Virus record (IMG/VR): IMGVR_UViG_2563366874_000010
Reading direction: 5' to 3' (one strand)
Origin: a virus
Lineage: Duplodnaviria > Heunggongvirae > Uroviricota > Caudoviricetes
DNA length: 36,400 bases
Part shown: positions 1 through 9,246 of the stretch, piece by piece
How the letters are laid out: each line of letters begins with the position of its first letter
Numbering within the stretch: the first letter of the stretch is position 1
Program-made: the position numbers and the translations under genes
Notes under the pieces: generated by a model
Databases searched by the model: none
Told to the model about the DNA's origin: nothing
The model's input: only the letters and a program-made list of their open reading frames with translations

Positions 1-1053
1 TTACGGGGTAATGCCAACCGCTGCCGCCACTTTGTCGCCACTTGGCAGCGTTGCCAGAGGATTGAAACGGAGCGCCGTTTCAAGATGATCCGGTGCCAGA
101 TGTGCGTAACGCATAGTCATTTTTATATCGTGATGTCCGAGGAATTTTTGCAAAGCAAGGATATTTCCACCCGACATCATGAAATGCGCCGCAAACGTAT
201 GGCGCAGAACGTGTGTCAGTTGACCGCGAGGGAGCACGATAGACGTTTTTTCCATCACGGATAAAAATTGAAAATAGCAGTCTGTAAAGAAATTGAACCC
301 ATCAAGCGCCATGATCTCTTCGTAAAGCTCTTTACTGATAGGGATGCTCCTGTTTTTCTTCCCCTTCGTTCTTACAAAGGTAATTCGGTATTTGGTCACC
401 TGTGAGCGGGTAAGATTTATTGCTTCTCGCCAGCGTGCGCCTGTGCTTAGGCATATCTTGACTACCAGTGCCAGAATTGGGTTCTGACGTTTGCAGTCAG
501 ACAGTAATTCGATAATCTGCTCATGTGTAAGCCATGCCATTTCCTTTTCTGCGATAGTGAATTTGCGCATCTTCTCTAATGGGTTTGGAAGTGTCCATTC
601 ACCCAGGCGGGAAAGTTCTCTGAAAACGCTGCTTAGATGGCTTTGCTCCAGGTTAACAGTAACTGGGCTTGCTCCTTTCTTCCATTTTTCACTGAAGTAG
701 ATTTCACCAGTAAGGCGTTTATCGCGATAGTGAGCAAACATTTTTGAGGTGAGATCAGTTGCAAGGGGATTTCCCAAGGCGTCAACCATCAACAGCAGCT
801 TGTTGTAGACATTCTGTCCGGCAGTAAGAGATTTGCCATGTAATTTGAACCATAGCTCAACCATATCTTTCAGTGTCCGACGATCCACTGATTCGCCCAG
901 CCAGGGCTTTGCTTCTATTTCCCCCATGGTGTATCGCTCGAAGGCCAGTGCTTCGCCTTTGGTGGCGAATTGTTTACGCACACGACGCCCATTACGTCCG
1001 GCGGGGTAACATTCGCAAAGCCATTTCCCTGTGGTGAGTTTTCGTACTGCCAT
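1..1053 (-). CDS. int: Tyrosine-family integrase, P2/186 type; complete, stop codon at 1-3
   Basis: 350-aa ORF; C-terminal region has R...HxxR...Y catalytic-type motifs (LRHTFAAH, MTMRYAHL); sits at the prophage end next to the repeat at 19-40. Confidence 0.9.
   Translation of the reverse strand: MAVRKLTTGKWLCECYPAGRNGRRVRKQFATKGEALAFERYTMGEIEAKPWLGESVDRRTLKDMVELWFKLHGKSLTAGQNVYNKLLLMVDALGNPLATDLTSKMFAHYRDKRLTGEIYFSEKWKKGASPVTVNLEQSHLSSVFRELSRLGEWTLPNPLEKMRKFTIAEKEMAWLTHEQIIELLSDCKRQNPILALVVKICLSTGARWREAINLTRSQVTKYRITFVRTKGKKNRSIPISKELYEEIMALDGFNFFTDCYFQFLSVMEKTSIVLPRGQLTHVLRHTFAAHFMMSGGNILALQKFLGHHDIKMTMRYAHLAPDHLETALRFNPLATLPSGDKVAAAVGITP
19..40. repeat. Left copy of a 22-bp imperfect direct repeat (CGCTGCCGCCAcTTTGTCGCCA); candidate att core or Int-binding site
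   Basis: 21 of 22 bp identical to 33546-33567; similarity stops abruptly on both sides in both copies. Confidence 0.5.
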
Positions 1054-1077
1054 AAAAAAGCCCTCATATCAGAGGGC
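1054..1077 (-). terminator. Hairpin (GCCCTC/GAGGGC stem, 6-nt loop) followed by a U6 tract on the minus-strand transcript, directly upstream of the int ATG
   Basis: Stem 1060-1065 pairs with 1072-1077; A-run 1054-1059 on + strand gives U-run on the leftward transcript; the GAGGG of the stem is the only Shine-Dalgarno-like sequence for int. Confidence 0.4.
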
Positions 1078-1136
1078 TAAATTTAACTGTATATACAACC
1101 AGCAATCAATGTGTGATTGCTATGAAACATACATTG

Positions 1137-2813
1137 CTAAGCAACATGTAGTTCATCGTTGGCGGAAGTGGCTGCTTTGCGTTCCTGCTCAATAGCTAGT
1201 GACTCTCTATATTCTTTCGCCTCTGCAAACATTGTCCAGTGGGCATTGATGTTCATATCTTCAATAACCGATTTAATTTCTTTAATATTTACGTTAAAAA
1301 ACTCTTTTCGTGAGTTAATTTTATTGACCTGCTTTTCGTTGAAGACTTTATGCAGATGATTTTCTAATGACGGTGCATCATCACTATAAATCATCGCATG
1401 AACATCGAACGAAAAAGGAACACTAGCATCCCCAAGTTCACGAACACGATCAAGTGGTTCAAGGCGGCGTGTCATTCCAATTTTATATACATCTTCGCCA
1501 AATGAGCCAATATTGCTAATTATATAAACATGGCCTGATCTAGTTTGTTGAGCCATAGAAATAGCTCGTTGGTTTTTAGCTTCAGCTTCTTCATATTTTA
1601 ACTGTAGTTCAGCTATTTTTTGCTCTAAAGCTAAGCGTTGTTCTTCATTTGCAAGCATAAGCTCTTTCGTTGCTTTATTTATAGCTTGCTGAATAGCTTT
1701 CTCTTCTTTTTCGGCTTCTTTTATCGCTTTTTCATACTCTCTACGAGCTCTTTCCTCTTCACGAAGCTGTTCTTTAATCCTTCTTTGCTCCTCTTTTTCT
1801 TCGAGCATAATTTCATTAACTGCAACTCCCCATTTTAGCTCGTTGAGTCGTGCCTGAAGATAGATGTCACTTATTTTTGCGGATCTAAAAGCAGAGCCAT
1901 TATAATTTACAAGTTGAAATGCATCTTTTATTTCTTGGGAAAGTTTTCCAAAATTGTTGTGTTTGACTTTTGATAAAATACTGTCAACTCTTCCATTGAA
2001 GGCATCCAAAACAAAGTTGATAGCAGTATTACGCCTGTTTTGCTCAACATAATCACACGAAGCTGCTTTATTAGTTTTTATTAATAATTTTGTTAACTCC
2101 CTGGCTTTTTGTAATTCCTTGCCTGCATCTGTAAACTCATAATTTTCTGCCAATTCATCAAGTACACTACGGTTAGGGATGATCCATTCATCGCCATAAC
2201 CTTCAATTTTATTTTTCATTGATTTGGCAACTGCTTCATATTTTTCTGCAAACTCTTTAGCTTCATATGCTGAACCAGCAATCTCTTTTGCTCTTTCTTC
2301 TGCATCGGAAATAATTTTTACTGCGTTGTCATTAGCATTTGAGATCAACTCATTTGCTTTACTGTTGGCATTATCAAGACGTTCTTTGGCTTTCAGGCGT
2401 GCATCGCGAGCGTCTTTGGTGATTGCTATAGCTTCGCTATTAGCGTTGCTTATTGTTATCTGAGCTTGATAACTTGCTTCGTTTACTGTCTTAGCTGCCT
2501 TTATTTGGGCTTCTTCTATTTTTTGCCTAGCTATTGAGTCTGCATTTTTTATCTTATTCTCTGCCTCCATCACTGCGCTGTGCAATTCTTCGTATTGCCA
2601 TAATGGTGCTGCTCGCCCTTCAAGCTCTGATAGATCTCGTGCAGTCTGTGCTAACTTTTCTTGATTTTCACTCAGTTGGCTGGAAAGGGCTATGTTGTTA
2701 GCCGTCAGGTTATCTATGGCGGCTTTGTGTTCTTTACTTTGCTTAAATAATATTATAGCTAGAACAGGGGCGAGAAATGCTAATAAGAATATAACGATGG
2801 AAAATGAATTCAT
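1137..2813 (-). CDS. Membrane-anchored coiled-coil protein with C-terminal GIY-YIG-like (T5orf172/DUF4041-type) domain; cargo gene
   Basis: 558-aa ORF; N-terminal hydrophobic helix (IVIFLLAFLAPVLAIILF), about 350 aa rich in A/E/K/N/Q heptad-like repeats, C-terminus GHVYIISN...VYKIGMTRR...R...H; RBS AAGGA upstream; visibly AT-rich. Confidence 0.8.
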   Translation of the reverse strand: MNSFSIVIFLLAFLAPVLAIILFKQSKEHKAAIDNLTANNIALSSQLSENQEKLAQTARDLSELEGRAAPLWQYEELHSAVMEAENKIKNADSIARQKIEEAQIKAAKTVNEASYQAQITISNANSEAIAITKDARDARLKAKERLDNANSKANELISNANDNAVKIISDAEERAKEIAGSAYEAKEFAEKYEAVAKSMKNKIEGYGDEWIIPNRSVLDELAENYEFTDAGKELQKARELTKLLIKTNKAASCDYVEQNRRNTAINFVLDAFNGRVDSILSKVKHNNFGKLSQEIKDAFQLVNYNGSAFRSAKISDIYLQARLNELKWGVAVNEIMLEEKEEQRRIKEQLREEERARREYEKAIKEAEKEEKAIQQAINKATKELMLANEEQRLALEQKIAELQLKYEEAEAKNQRAISMAQQTRSGHVYIISNIGSFGEDVYKIGMTRRLEPLDRVRELGDASVPFSFDVHAMIYSDDAPSLENHLHKVFNEKQVNKINSRKEFFNVNIKEIKSVIEDMNINAHWTMFAEAKEYRESLAIEQERKAATSANDELHVA

Positions 2814-2833
2814 TTTTAAATCCTTTTACTATA

Positions 2834-3430
2834 TCAATTTGAAACTATTGTACTTCTTATACAAGCAACCACTTCAATATCAGAAAATGCACATTCAAAG
2901 CTATTCTCTGTAGTTGTAATTTTAATCATACCTTTTGGAAGCTTTGTGATTTTTCGAATGGAATAGGTTCCGTCGATGTTGATTAACCAGTGTCCATCAA
3001 GTACTTCAGAAAATTTTTGATCACAAATGTATGTGACAAGCCCATCCTGAATAACAATTGGTGATGAAAGATTTGCAGGAAGAAATGATGAATCGAATAC
3101 ATATGAACCATCTTCAATCATTTTGCCTGCGGTAAGGCGAAACTTGGGAAGCTCTTCTGTGGCTACTGTCAGCGAGCTTTGCTTAAGTCCTTGCCCGGTG
3201 GTTAACCATTTCAGTGAGGTTCCTGTTTCAAGAGCACATTGGATTATCCAGTCTGCAGGAAACGTATCCCGCAAATACCTGTTCGCCAGAGTGCTTTTTG
3301 ATACTTCCAAGTGATCAGCTAAAGCCTGTCGTGTCGTAAAGCCATAAGCTTCGACTAATCGCTCAATCGCAGCCTTACCACCTTTATTGGGATTTATTTT
3401 GATCTCACTTGGGTACTTTGATGTTGACAT
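2834..3430 (-). CDS. cI: Immunity repressor, phage 186 CI-like (HTH N-domain)
   Basis: 198-aa ORF with HTH segment TTRQALADHLEVSKSTLANRY and CALETG..W.TGQG, matching recalled 186 CI; divergent from apl/cII. Confidence 0.8.
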   Translation of the reverse strand: MSTSKYPSEIKINPNKGGKAAIERLVEAYGFTTRQALADHLEVSKSTLANRYLRDTFPADWIIQCALETGTSLKWLTTGQGLKQSSLTVATEELPKFRLTAGKMIEDGSYVFDSSFLPANLSSPIVIQDGLVTYICDQKFSEVLDGHWLINIDGTYSIRKITKLPKGMIKITTTENSFECAFSDIEVVACIRSTIVSN

Positions 3431-3452
3431 ATCTCTTTTGCGATCCTAGTAT
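3424..3452 (+). promoter_or_regulatory. Candidate rightward lytic promoter (pR-like): TTGACA - 17 bp - TAGTAT
   Basis: -35 TTGACA at 3424-3429, -10 TAGTAT at 3447-3452, upstream of apl; flanked by direct repeats TTGGGTACTT at 3409-3418 and 3469-3478. Confidence 0.45.
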
Positions 3453-3525
3453 CAGTTTTGTCCCCATTTGGGTACTTGTCACGATTACTACAGGCTCACC
3501 ACAAGCCAATAGGAGATGTTGCATC

Positions 3526-3747
3526 ATGACCCCTAACATTTCAATAACTCTGAATACGCCACATGTCACAATTGAGCGTTATAGCGAACTTACTGGTCTT
3601 TCAATCGACACAATTAACGATATGCTGGCTGACGGTCGCATCCCTCGGCATCGCCTTCGGAAAGACAAGAAAAGAGAAAAGGTGATGATCAACCTTGCTG
3701 CTCTTACCGTTGATGCACTTACTGATTGCAATGTTGTATTCAACTAG
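3526..3747 (+). CDS. apl: Apl/Cox-type excisionase and lytic-switch regulator
   Basis: Small basic ORF first in the rightward operon, divergent from cI; RBS AGGAG 10 nt upstream of ATG 3526; HTH-like [24 protein letters not shown]. Confidence 0.7.
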
Positions 3748-3779
3748 TTCCATTTTGGGATACATCAGGGGTGTCGACC

Positions 3780-4289
3780 ATGTTTGATTACCAAGTTTCC
3801 AAACATCCACATTTTGATGAAGCCTGTCGTGCATTCGCATTGCGCCACAACCTGGTGCAACTGGCAGAACGTGCTGGCATGAATGTGCAGATTCTGCGGA
3901 ACAAGCTGAACCCATCTCAACCTCATTTATTAACCGCACCAGAAATCTGGCTGCTTACCGATCTGACTGAAGATTCAACGCTGGTAGATGGTTTTCTGGC
4001 ACAGATTCACTGCCTGCCATGTGTACCGATTAATGAGGTTGCAAAAGAGAAACTGCCGCATTACGTCATGAGCGCAACTGCAGAGATCGGACGTGTTGCA
4101 GCAGGTGCGGTATCTGGTGATGTAAAAACTAGTGCCGGTCGTCGTGATGCTATCAGCAGCATTAACTCTGTAACACGACTGATGGCGCTGGCTGCTGTTT
4201 CATTGCAGGCCCGTTTACAGGCTAATCCTGCGATGGCGAGTGCAGTTGATACCGTGACTGGCCTCGGTGCTTCATTCGGTTTGCTGTGA
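3780..4289 (+). CDS. cII: CII-like transcriptional activator (phage 186 CII-like)
   Basis: ORF from MFDYQVSK, 169 aa, matching recalled size and N-terminus of 186 CII; RBS AGGGG upstream. Confidence 0.75.
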
Positions 4290-4296
4290 GGTGCTT

Positions 4297-4497
4297 ATGC
4301 TGACGAAAGAACCATCATTTGCATCGCTGCTGGTAAAACAAAGCCCGGCAATGCACTACGGTCACGGCTGGATCATGGGTGAGGATGGTAAACGCTGGCA
4401 TCCGTGCCGTTCACAAGATGAATTGCTGGCAGAACTATCTACGAAAAAACGGGGGAACAAATGGCTATTGAAGGCGCTGCGGCGACTGTTCCATTAA
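4297..4497 (+). CDS. Small early protein, hypothetical
   Basis: 66-aa ORF with RBS GAGGTG upstream of ATG 4297, right after the cII stop. Confidence 0.55.
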   Translation: MLTKEPSFASLLVKQSPAMHYGHGWIMGEDGKRWHPCRSQDELLAELSTKKRGNKWLLKALRRLFH

Positions 4498-4802
4498 GCC
4501 CCGGTGAACGCCTGAATGGACTTAATCACATTGCGGAATTAAGGGCGAAAGTATTTGGCCTGAATATTGAGTCAGAGCTTGAGCGGTTTATTAAAGATAT
4601 GCGTGATCCACGGGATATCAATAATGAACAAAATAAACGAGCACTGGCTGCCATATTCTTTATGGCAAAAATTCCAGCTGAACGTCATAGCATCAGCATT
4701 AATGAGCTGACCACTGACGAAAAGCGGGAGTTGATTAAAGCAATGAATCATTTTCGTGCAGTGGTGAGCTTATTTCCCAGACGGCTAACCATGCCGAATT
4801 AA
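4461..4802 (+). CDS. Early protein, hypothetical
   Basis: 113-aa ORF; RBS GGGGGA before ATG 4461; overlaps end of previous gene. Confidence 0.6.
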   Translation: MAIEGAAATVPLSPGERLNGLNHIAELRAKVFGLNIESELERFIKDMRDPRDINNEQNKRALAAIFFMAKIPAERHSISINELTTDEKRELIKAMNHFRAVVSLFPRRLTMPN

Positions 4803-4869
4803 CCAACTAATGAAATTAATGGCGTAAACCCGCCGGGTATCCCTTTATCTAAATTCAGGAGAATTGATT

Positions 4870-5103
4870 ATGCGTAATATTGAAACTCTCACGACTAAAA
4901 CCGGACCGGATGATGCAGGGCTTAATATTTTACTGACAGAGGCTCGTCTGGAAGAACGCCGGGCAAGGGCTGAAGCAATGGCAGCTCGCCTTGATAGCCT
5001 GGCGTGTCATATCACATCCCGCCAGCTAAACCACGTCGAAGCAGCAGAACTGCTGCGTGTAACTGCTGAAGCAATCCAGAACGAAGCGCAGGAGATCCAC
5101 TAA
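4870..5103 (+). CDS. Small early protein, hypothetical
   Basis: RBS CAGGAGA then ATG 4870; stop overlaps next start (TAATG). Confidence 0.6.
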   Translation: MRNIETLTTKTGPDDAGLNILLTEARLEERRARAEAMAARLDSLACHITSRQLNHVEAAELLRVTAEAIQNEAQEIH

Positions 5104-5330
5104 TGGCTGATGCAATGGATCTCGTACAGCAGCGCGTTGAAGAAGAACGCCAGCGCCATATCCGTGCTGCCCGTGCCAAAACGCCGGGCGTGTCCCGCGT
5201 GCTTTGCATTGAGTGTGAAGCGCCAATTCCGCCAGCACGCCGCCGTGCCATTCCGGGTGTGCAGCTTTGCATTACCTGTCAGGAAATCGCAGAGCTGAAA
5301 GGCAAACATTACAACGGAGGTGCTGTATGA
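5103..5330 (+). CDS. TraR/DksA-type C4 zinc-finger protein
   Basis: 75 aa with CIECE...CITCQ four-cysteine motif; RBS GGAGA upstream. Confidence 0.75.
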
Positions 5331-5629
5331 CAAGGGCAGTGCGTATCCATCAATTAAAAATTGCACCTAAGTATTTCAACGCTGTGGTTGCAGGTCAAAA
5401 GACGGCTGAACTTCGTAAAGACGATCGTGGCTATAAAGTTGGTGATGTTCTTTCTCTTTGCGAATGGAAGCATGGCGTATTTACGGGTAGGGAATGGGCC
5501 GCTGTTATCTCTCATGTGCTTCCGGTTAATGACGTCATGGCAGTTTCAGAACAATGGGTGATGCTATCAATTCGCCCATTAACCCCATTAGAAGCTTTAG
5601 GATATGTTATTGCAGGAGGTGCTGTATGA
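5327..5629 (+). CDS. ASCH/PUA-like small protein (DUF3850-like)
   Basis: 100-aa ORF starting in ATGA overlap with previous stop; RBS GGAGG; motif pattern [26 protein letters not shown] typical of ASCH-like domains (from memory). Confidence 0.6.
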
Positions 5630-6483
5630 GCACCATCCTGAAATGGGCGGGAAATAAAACCGCCATTATGTCCGAACTGAAAAAACACCTTCCTGCTGGC
5701 CCGCGACTGGTTGAACCTTTCGCGGGTTCCTGTGCTGTGATGATGGCGACGGATTACCCCAGCTATCTGGTTGCGGATATTAATCCTGATTTAATCAACC
5801 TCTATAAAAAGATTGCCGCTGATTGCGAGGCGTTTATATCTCGCGCCAGAGTTTTATTTGAGATCGCAAACAGGGAGGTGGCTTATTACAACATAAGGCA
5901 GGAGTTTAATTACTCAACTGAAATTACTGATTTCATGAAAGCGGTATATTTCCTGTATCTCAATCGTCATGGTTACCGTGGGTTATGTCGCTATAACAAG
6001 AGCGGGCATTTCAACATTCCCTACGGGAATTATAAAAATCCGTATTTCCCTGAAAAAGAAATTCGCAAATTTGCAGAAAAAGCCCAGCGAGCAACGTTTA
6101 TCTGCGCCAGCTTTGATGAAACGCTGGCGATGCTGCAGGTGGGGGATGTGGTGTATTGCGATCCGCCTTATGACGGTACGTTTTCCGGCTATCACACTGA
6201 CGGCTTCACTGAAGATGACCAGTATCACCTGGCATCTGTTCTTGAATATCGATCATCAGAAGGTCATCCAGTCATTGTTTCTAACAGTGACACATCCCTG
6301 ATCCGTTCGCTGTATCGCAATTTCACTCACCACTACATCAAGGCAAAACGCAGCATCGGCGTGTCGGCTGGCGAGAGTAAATCTGCAACAGAAATCATTG
6401 CTGTTTCCGGGGCGCGCTGCTGGGTGGGATTTGATCCTTCGCGTGGCGTGGATAGTTCTGCTGTGTACGAGGTGCGTGTATGA
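5626..6483 (+). CDS. DNA N6-adenine methyltransferase, Dam family (orphan, no cognate endonuclease seen)
   Basis: 285 aa; N-terminal ILKWAGNK and catalytic DPPY (VYCDPPYDG) motifs; start in ATGA overlap with RBS GGAGG. Confidence 0.9.
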
Positions 6484-8894
6484 GTCATGCCGATATGAGC
6501 GACTCTAGCGGCTTTAACGAGGCCGCTGCAGCATTTTCATGGAACGGCCCGAAAAAGGCCATAAACCCTTATCTGGACCCGGCGGAAGTTGCGCCGGTTT
6601 CTGCGCTTTCAAACCTGATCACTCTGTATGCTGCCGATAACGAGCAGGAACAGCTGCGCCGCGAGGAATTGAGTGAACAGGTCTGGGAGCGTTATTTCTT
6701 TAATGAATCCCGTGATCCTGTCCAGCGCGAAATGGAGCAGGATAAGCTCATTAGTCGGGCAAAGCTGGCGCATGAGCAGCAGCGTTTTAACCCGGACATG
6801 GTCATTCTGGCGGACGTCAGCGCCCAGCCCACCCATATCAGCAAGCCGCTGATGCAACGTATCGAATACTTCAGCAGCCTGGGCAGGCCAAAGGCTTATT
6901 CCCGCTATTTGCGTGAGACGATTAAGCCATGTCTGGAGCGACTGGATTGTGTACGTGACAGTCAGCTATCTGCTTCTTTCCGTTTTATGGCAAGCCATCA
7001 AGGGCTGGAGGGCCTGCTGATCCTGCCTGAAATGAGTCAGGATCAGGTGAAACGCCTGTCCACCCTGGTAGCAGCGCATATGAGCATGTGTCTTGAGGCC
7101 GCTTGTGGTGATTTGTATGCCACCGATGACGTTAAGCCAGAAGAAATCCGCAAGACATGGGAAAAGGTGGCAGCGGAAACCCTGCGTCTGGATGTTATCC
7201 CGCCTGCGTTTGAGAAACTTCGTCGGAAAAGAAACCGCCGCAAACCCGTGCCCTATGAACTCATACCGGGTTCGCTGGCACGTATGCTTTGCGCCGACTG
7301 GTGGTATCGGAAATTGTGGAAGATGCGTTGCGAATGGCGGGAAGAGCAGTTGCGTGCTGTCTGTCTGGTCAGCAAAAAAGCATCTCCCTATGTCAGCTAT
7401 GAAGCAGTGACACATAAACGTGAGCAGCGCCGCAAGTCGCTGGAGTTTTTCCGTTCTCATGAACTGGTGAATGAAGACGGAGACACGCTGGATATGGAGG
7501 ATGTGGTAAACGCCAGCAGCAGCAATCCGGCGCATCGCCGCAATGAGATGATGGCCTGTGTTAAAGGTCTGGAGCTTATCGCAGAAATGCGCGGTGACTG
7601 CGCCGTTTTCTACACTATCACCTGTCCGTCACGTTTCCATTCCACGCTCAACAACGGCAGACCCAACCCGACCTGGACAAATGCGACGGTAAGACAAAGC
7701 AGCGATTATCTGGTCGGCATGTTTGCTGCATTTCGTAAGGCTATGCACAAAGCCGGGTTGCGCTGGTATGGCGTGCGGGTGGCTGAGCCGCACCATGACG
7801 GTACTGTGCACTGGCATCTCATGTGTTTCATGCGCAAAAAAGACCGCCGCGCCATTACTGCATTGTTGCGTAAGTTTGCCATCCGTGAAGACCGTGAGGA
7901 ACTGGGCAATAACACGGGGCCACGCTTTAAGTCTGAGCTGATAAACCCGCGCAAAGGAACGCCGACAAGCTACATCGCGAAATACATCAGTAAGAACATT
8001 GACGGACGTGGTCTGGCTGGCGAGATCAGCAAGGAAACGGGTAAATCCCTGCGTGATAACGCCGAATACGTGAATGCCTGGGCGTCTCTACATCGTGTTC
8101 AGCAGTTCCGCTTCTTTGGTATTCCGGGGCGTCAGGCGTACCGTGAACTTCGCTTGCTGGCTGGTCAGGCGGCAAGGCAACAGGGTGACAAAAAAGCAAG
8201 TACGCCGATACTGGATGACCCGCGCCTTGATGCCATCCTGGCTGCCGCTGATGCTGGCTGTTTTGCCACCTACATCATGAAGCAGGGCGGCGTACTGGTT
8301 CCCCGCAAATATCACCTTATCAGAACAGCTTATGAAATTAACGAAGAGCCGACCGCTTATGGCGATCACGGTATTCGTATTTATGGCATCTGGTCACCCA
8401 TTGTACAGGGCAAGATCTGCACTCATGCAATGAAATGGAAAATGGTTCGTAAGGCCGTTGACGTTCAGGAGGCGGCAGCCGACCAGGGCGCTTGCGCCCC
8501 TTGGACTCGTGGCAATAACTGTCCCCTTGCTGAAAATTTGAACCAACAGGAGAAAGATAAATCAGCTGATGGGGACACCAGAACGGACATTACCCGCATG
8601 GATGACAAGGAGTTGCACGATCACCTGCACAGTATGAGCAAAAAAGAGCGCCGGGAACTGGCTGCAAGGTTACGCCTGGTTAAACCGATACGGCGTAAAG
8701 ACTACAAACAGCGAATTACAGATCATCAGCGACAGCAGCTCGTTTATGAGCTGAAGTCCAGAGGATTTGATGGCAGCGAGAAAGAGGTCGATTTACTCCT
8801 TCGCGGCGGCAGTATTCCGTCAGGAGCAGGCCTGCGTATCTTCTATCGGAACCAGCGTCTGCAGGAGGATGATAAATGGCGGAACCTGTATTAA
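6480..8894 (+). CDS. A: Replication initiation protein, P2 gpA-like rolling-circle endonuclease
   Basis: 804-aa ORF with HxH-type segment ([13 protein letters not shown]) and tyrosine-containing region (YIAKYISKN). Confidence 0.9.
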
Positions 8895-8988
8895 TTACGC
8901 TGGTTAACAATTCGTGCTCTTAATAATACCAGGCATATCAGGCTGATGAGCGTAAAAAAACGTTTTACATCAGTAAGATTATTATATA

Positions 8989-9004
8989 CTGTAAATATAA
9001 ACAG
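8989..9004. promoter_or_regulatory. LexA box (SOS operator) CTGTAAATATAAACAG
   Basis: Exact CTGT-N8-ACAG palindrome with AT-rich spacer, overlapping a -10-like TATACT (8985-8990) upstream of the ORF at 9048. Confidence 0.75.
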
Positions 9005-9047
9005 TGGTTATGTGTACAGTATTGCTTGTGGTGTCATAGGAGGAAAA

Positions 9048-9236
9048 ATGCAGGACTATTTTTTGGAGTCTTTGAAGCTCCAGCGCATTGATTTTTTTCT
9101 TAAGCTTGTAGCGGCTAGTGAGTGTAGTGATGAAGAGAAGGGGCTGGCCCTGCAGTGGGTTTCTGAACTGACAGATGAACTCATGGCAAAAATCAGAACC
9201 CACGAATACAACCGCTCAATGGATGTCATCAGTTGA
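9048..9236 (+). CDS. Small SOS-controlled protein, possibly the N-terminal part of a Tum-like antirepressor
   Basis: 62-aa ORF with RBS AGGAGG before ATG 9048, just downstream of the LexA box. Confidence 0.55.
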   Translation: MQDYFLESLKLQRIDFFLKLVAASECSDEEKGLALQWVSELTDELMAKIRTHEYNRSMDVIS

Positions 9237-9246
9237 GGTGACTTTT

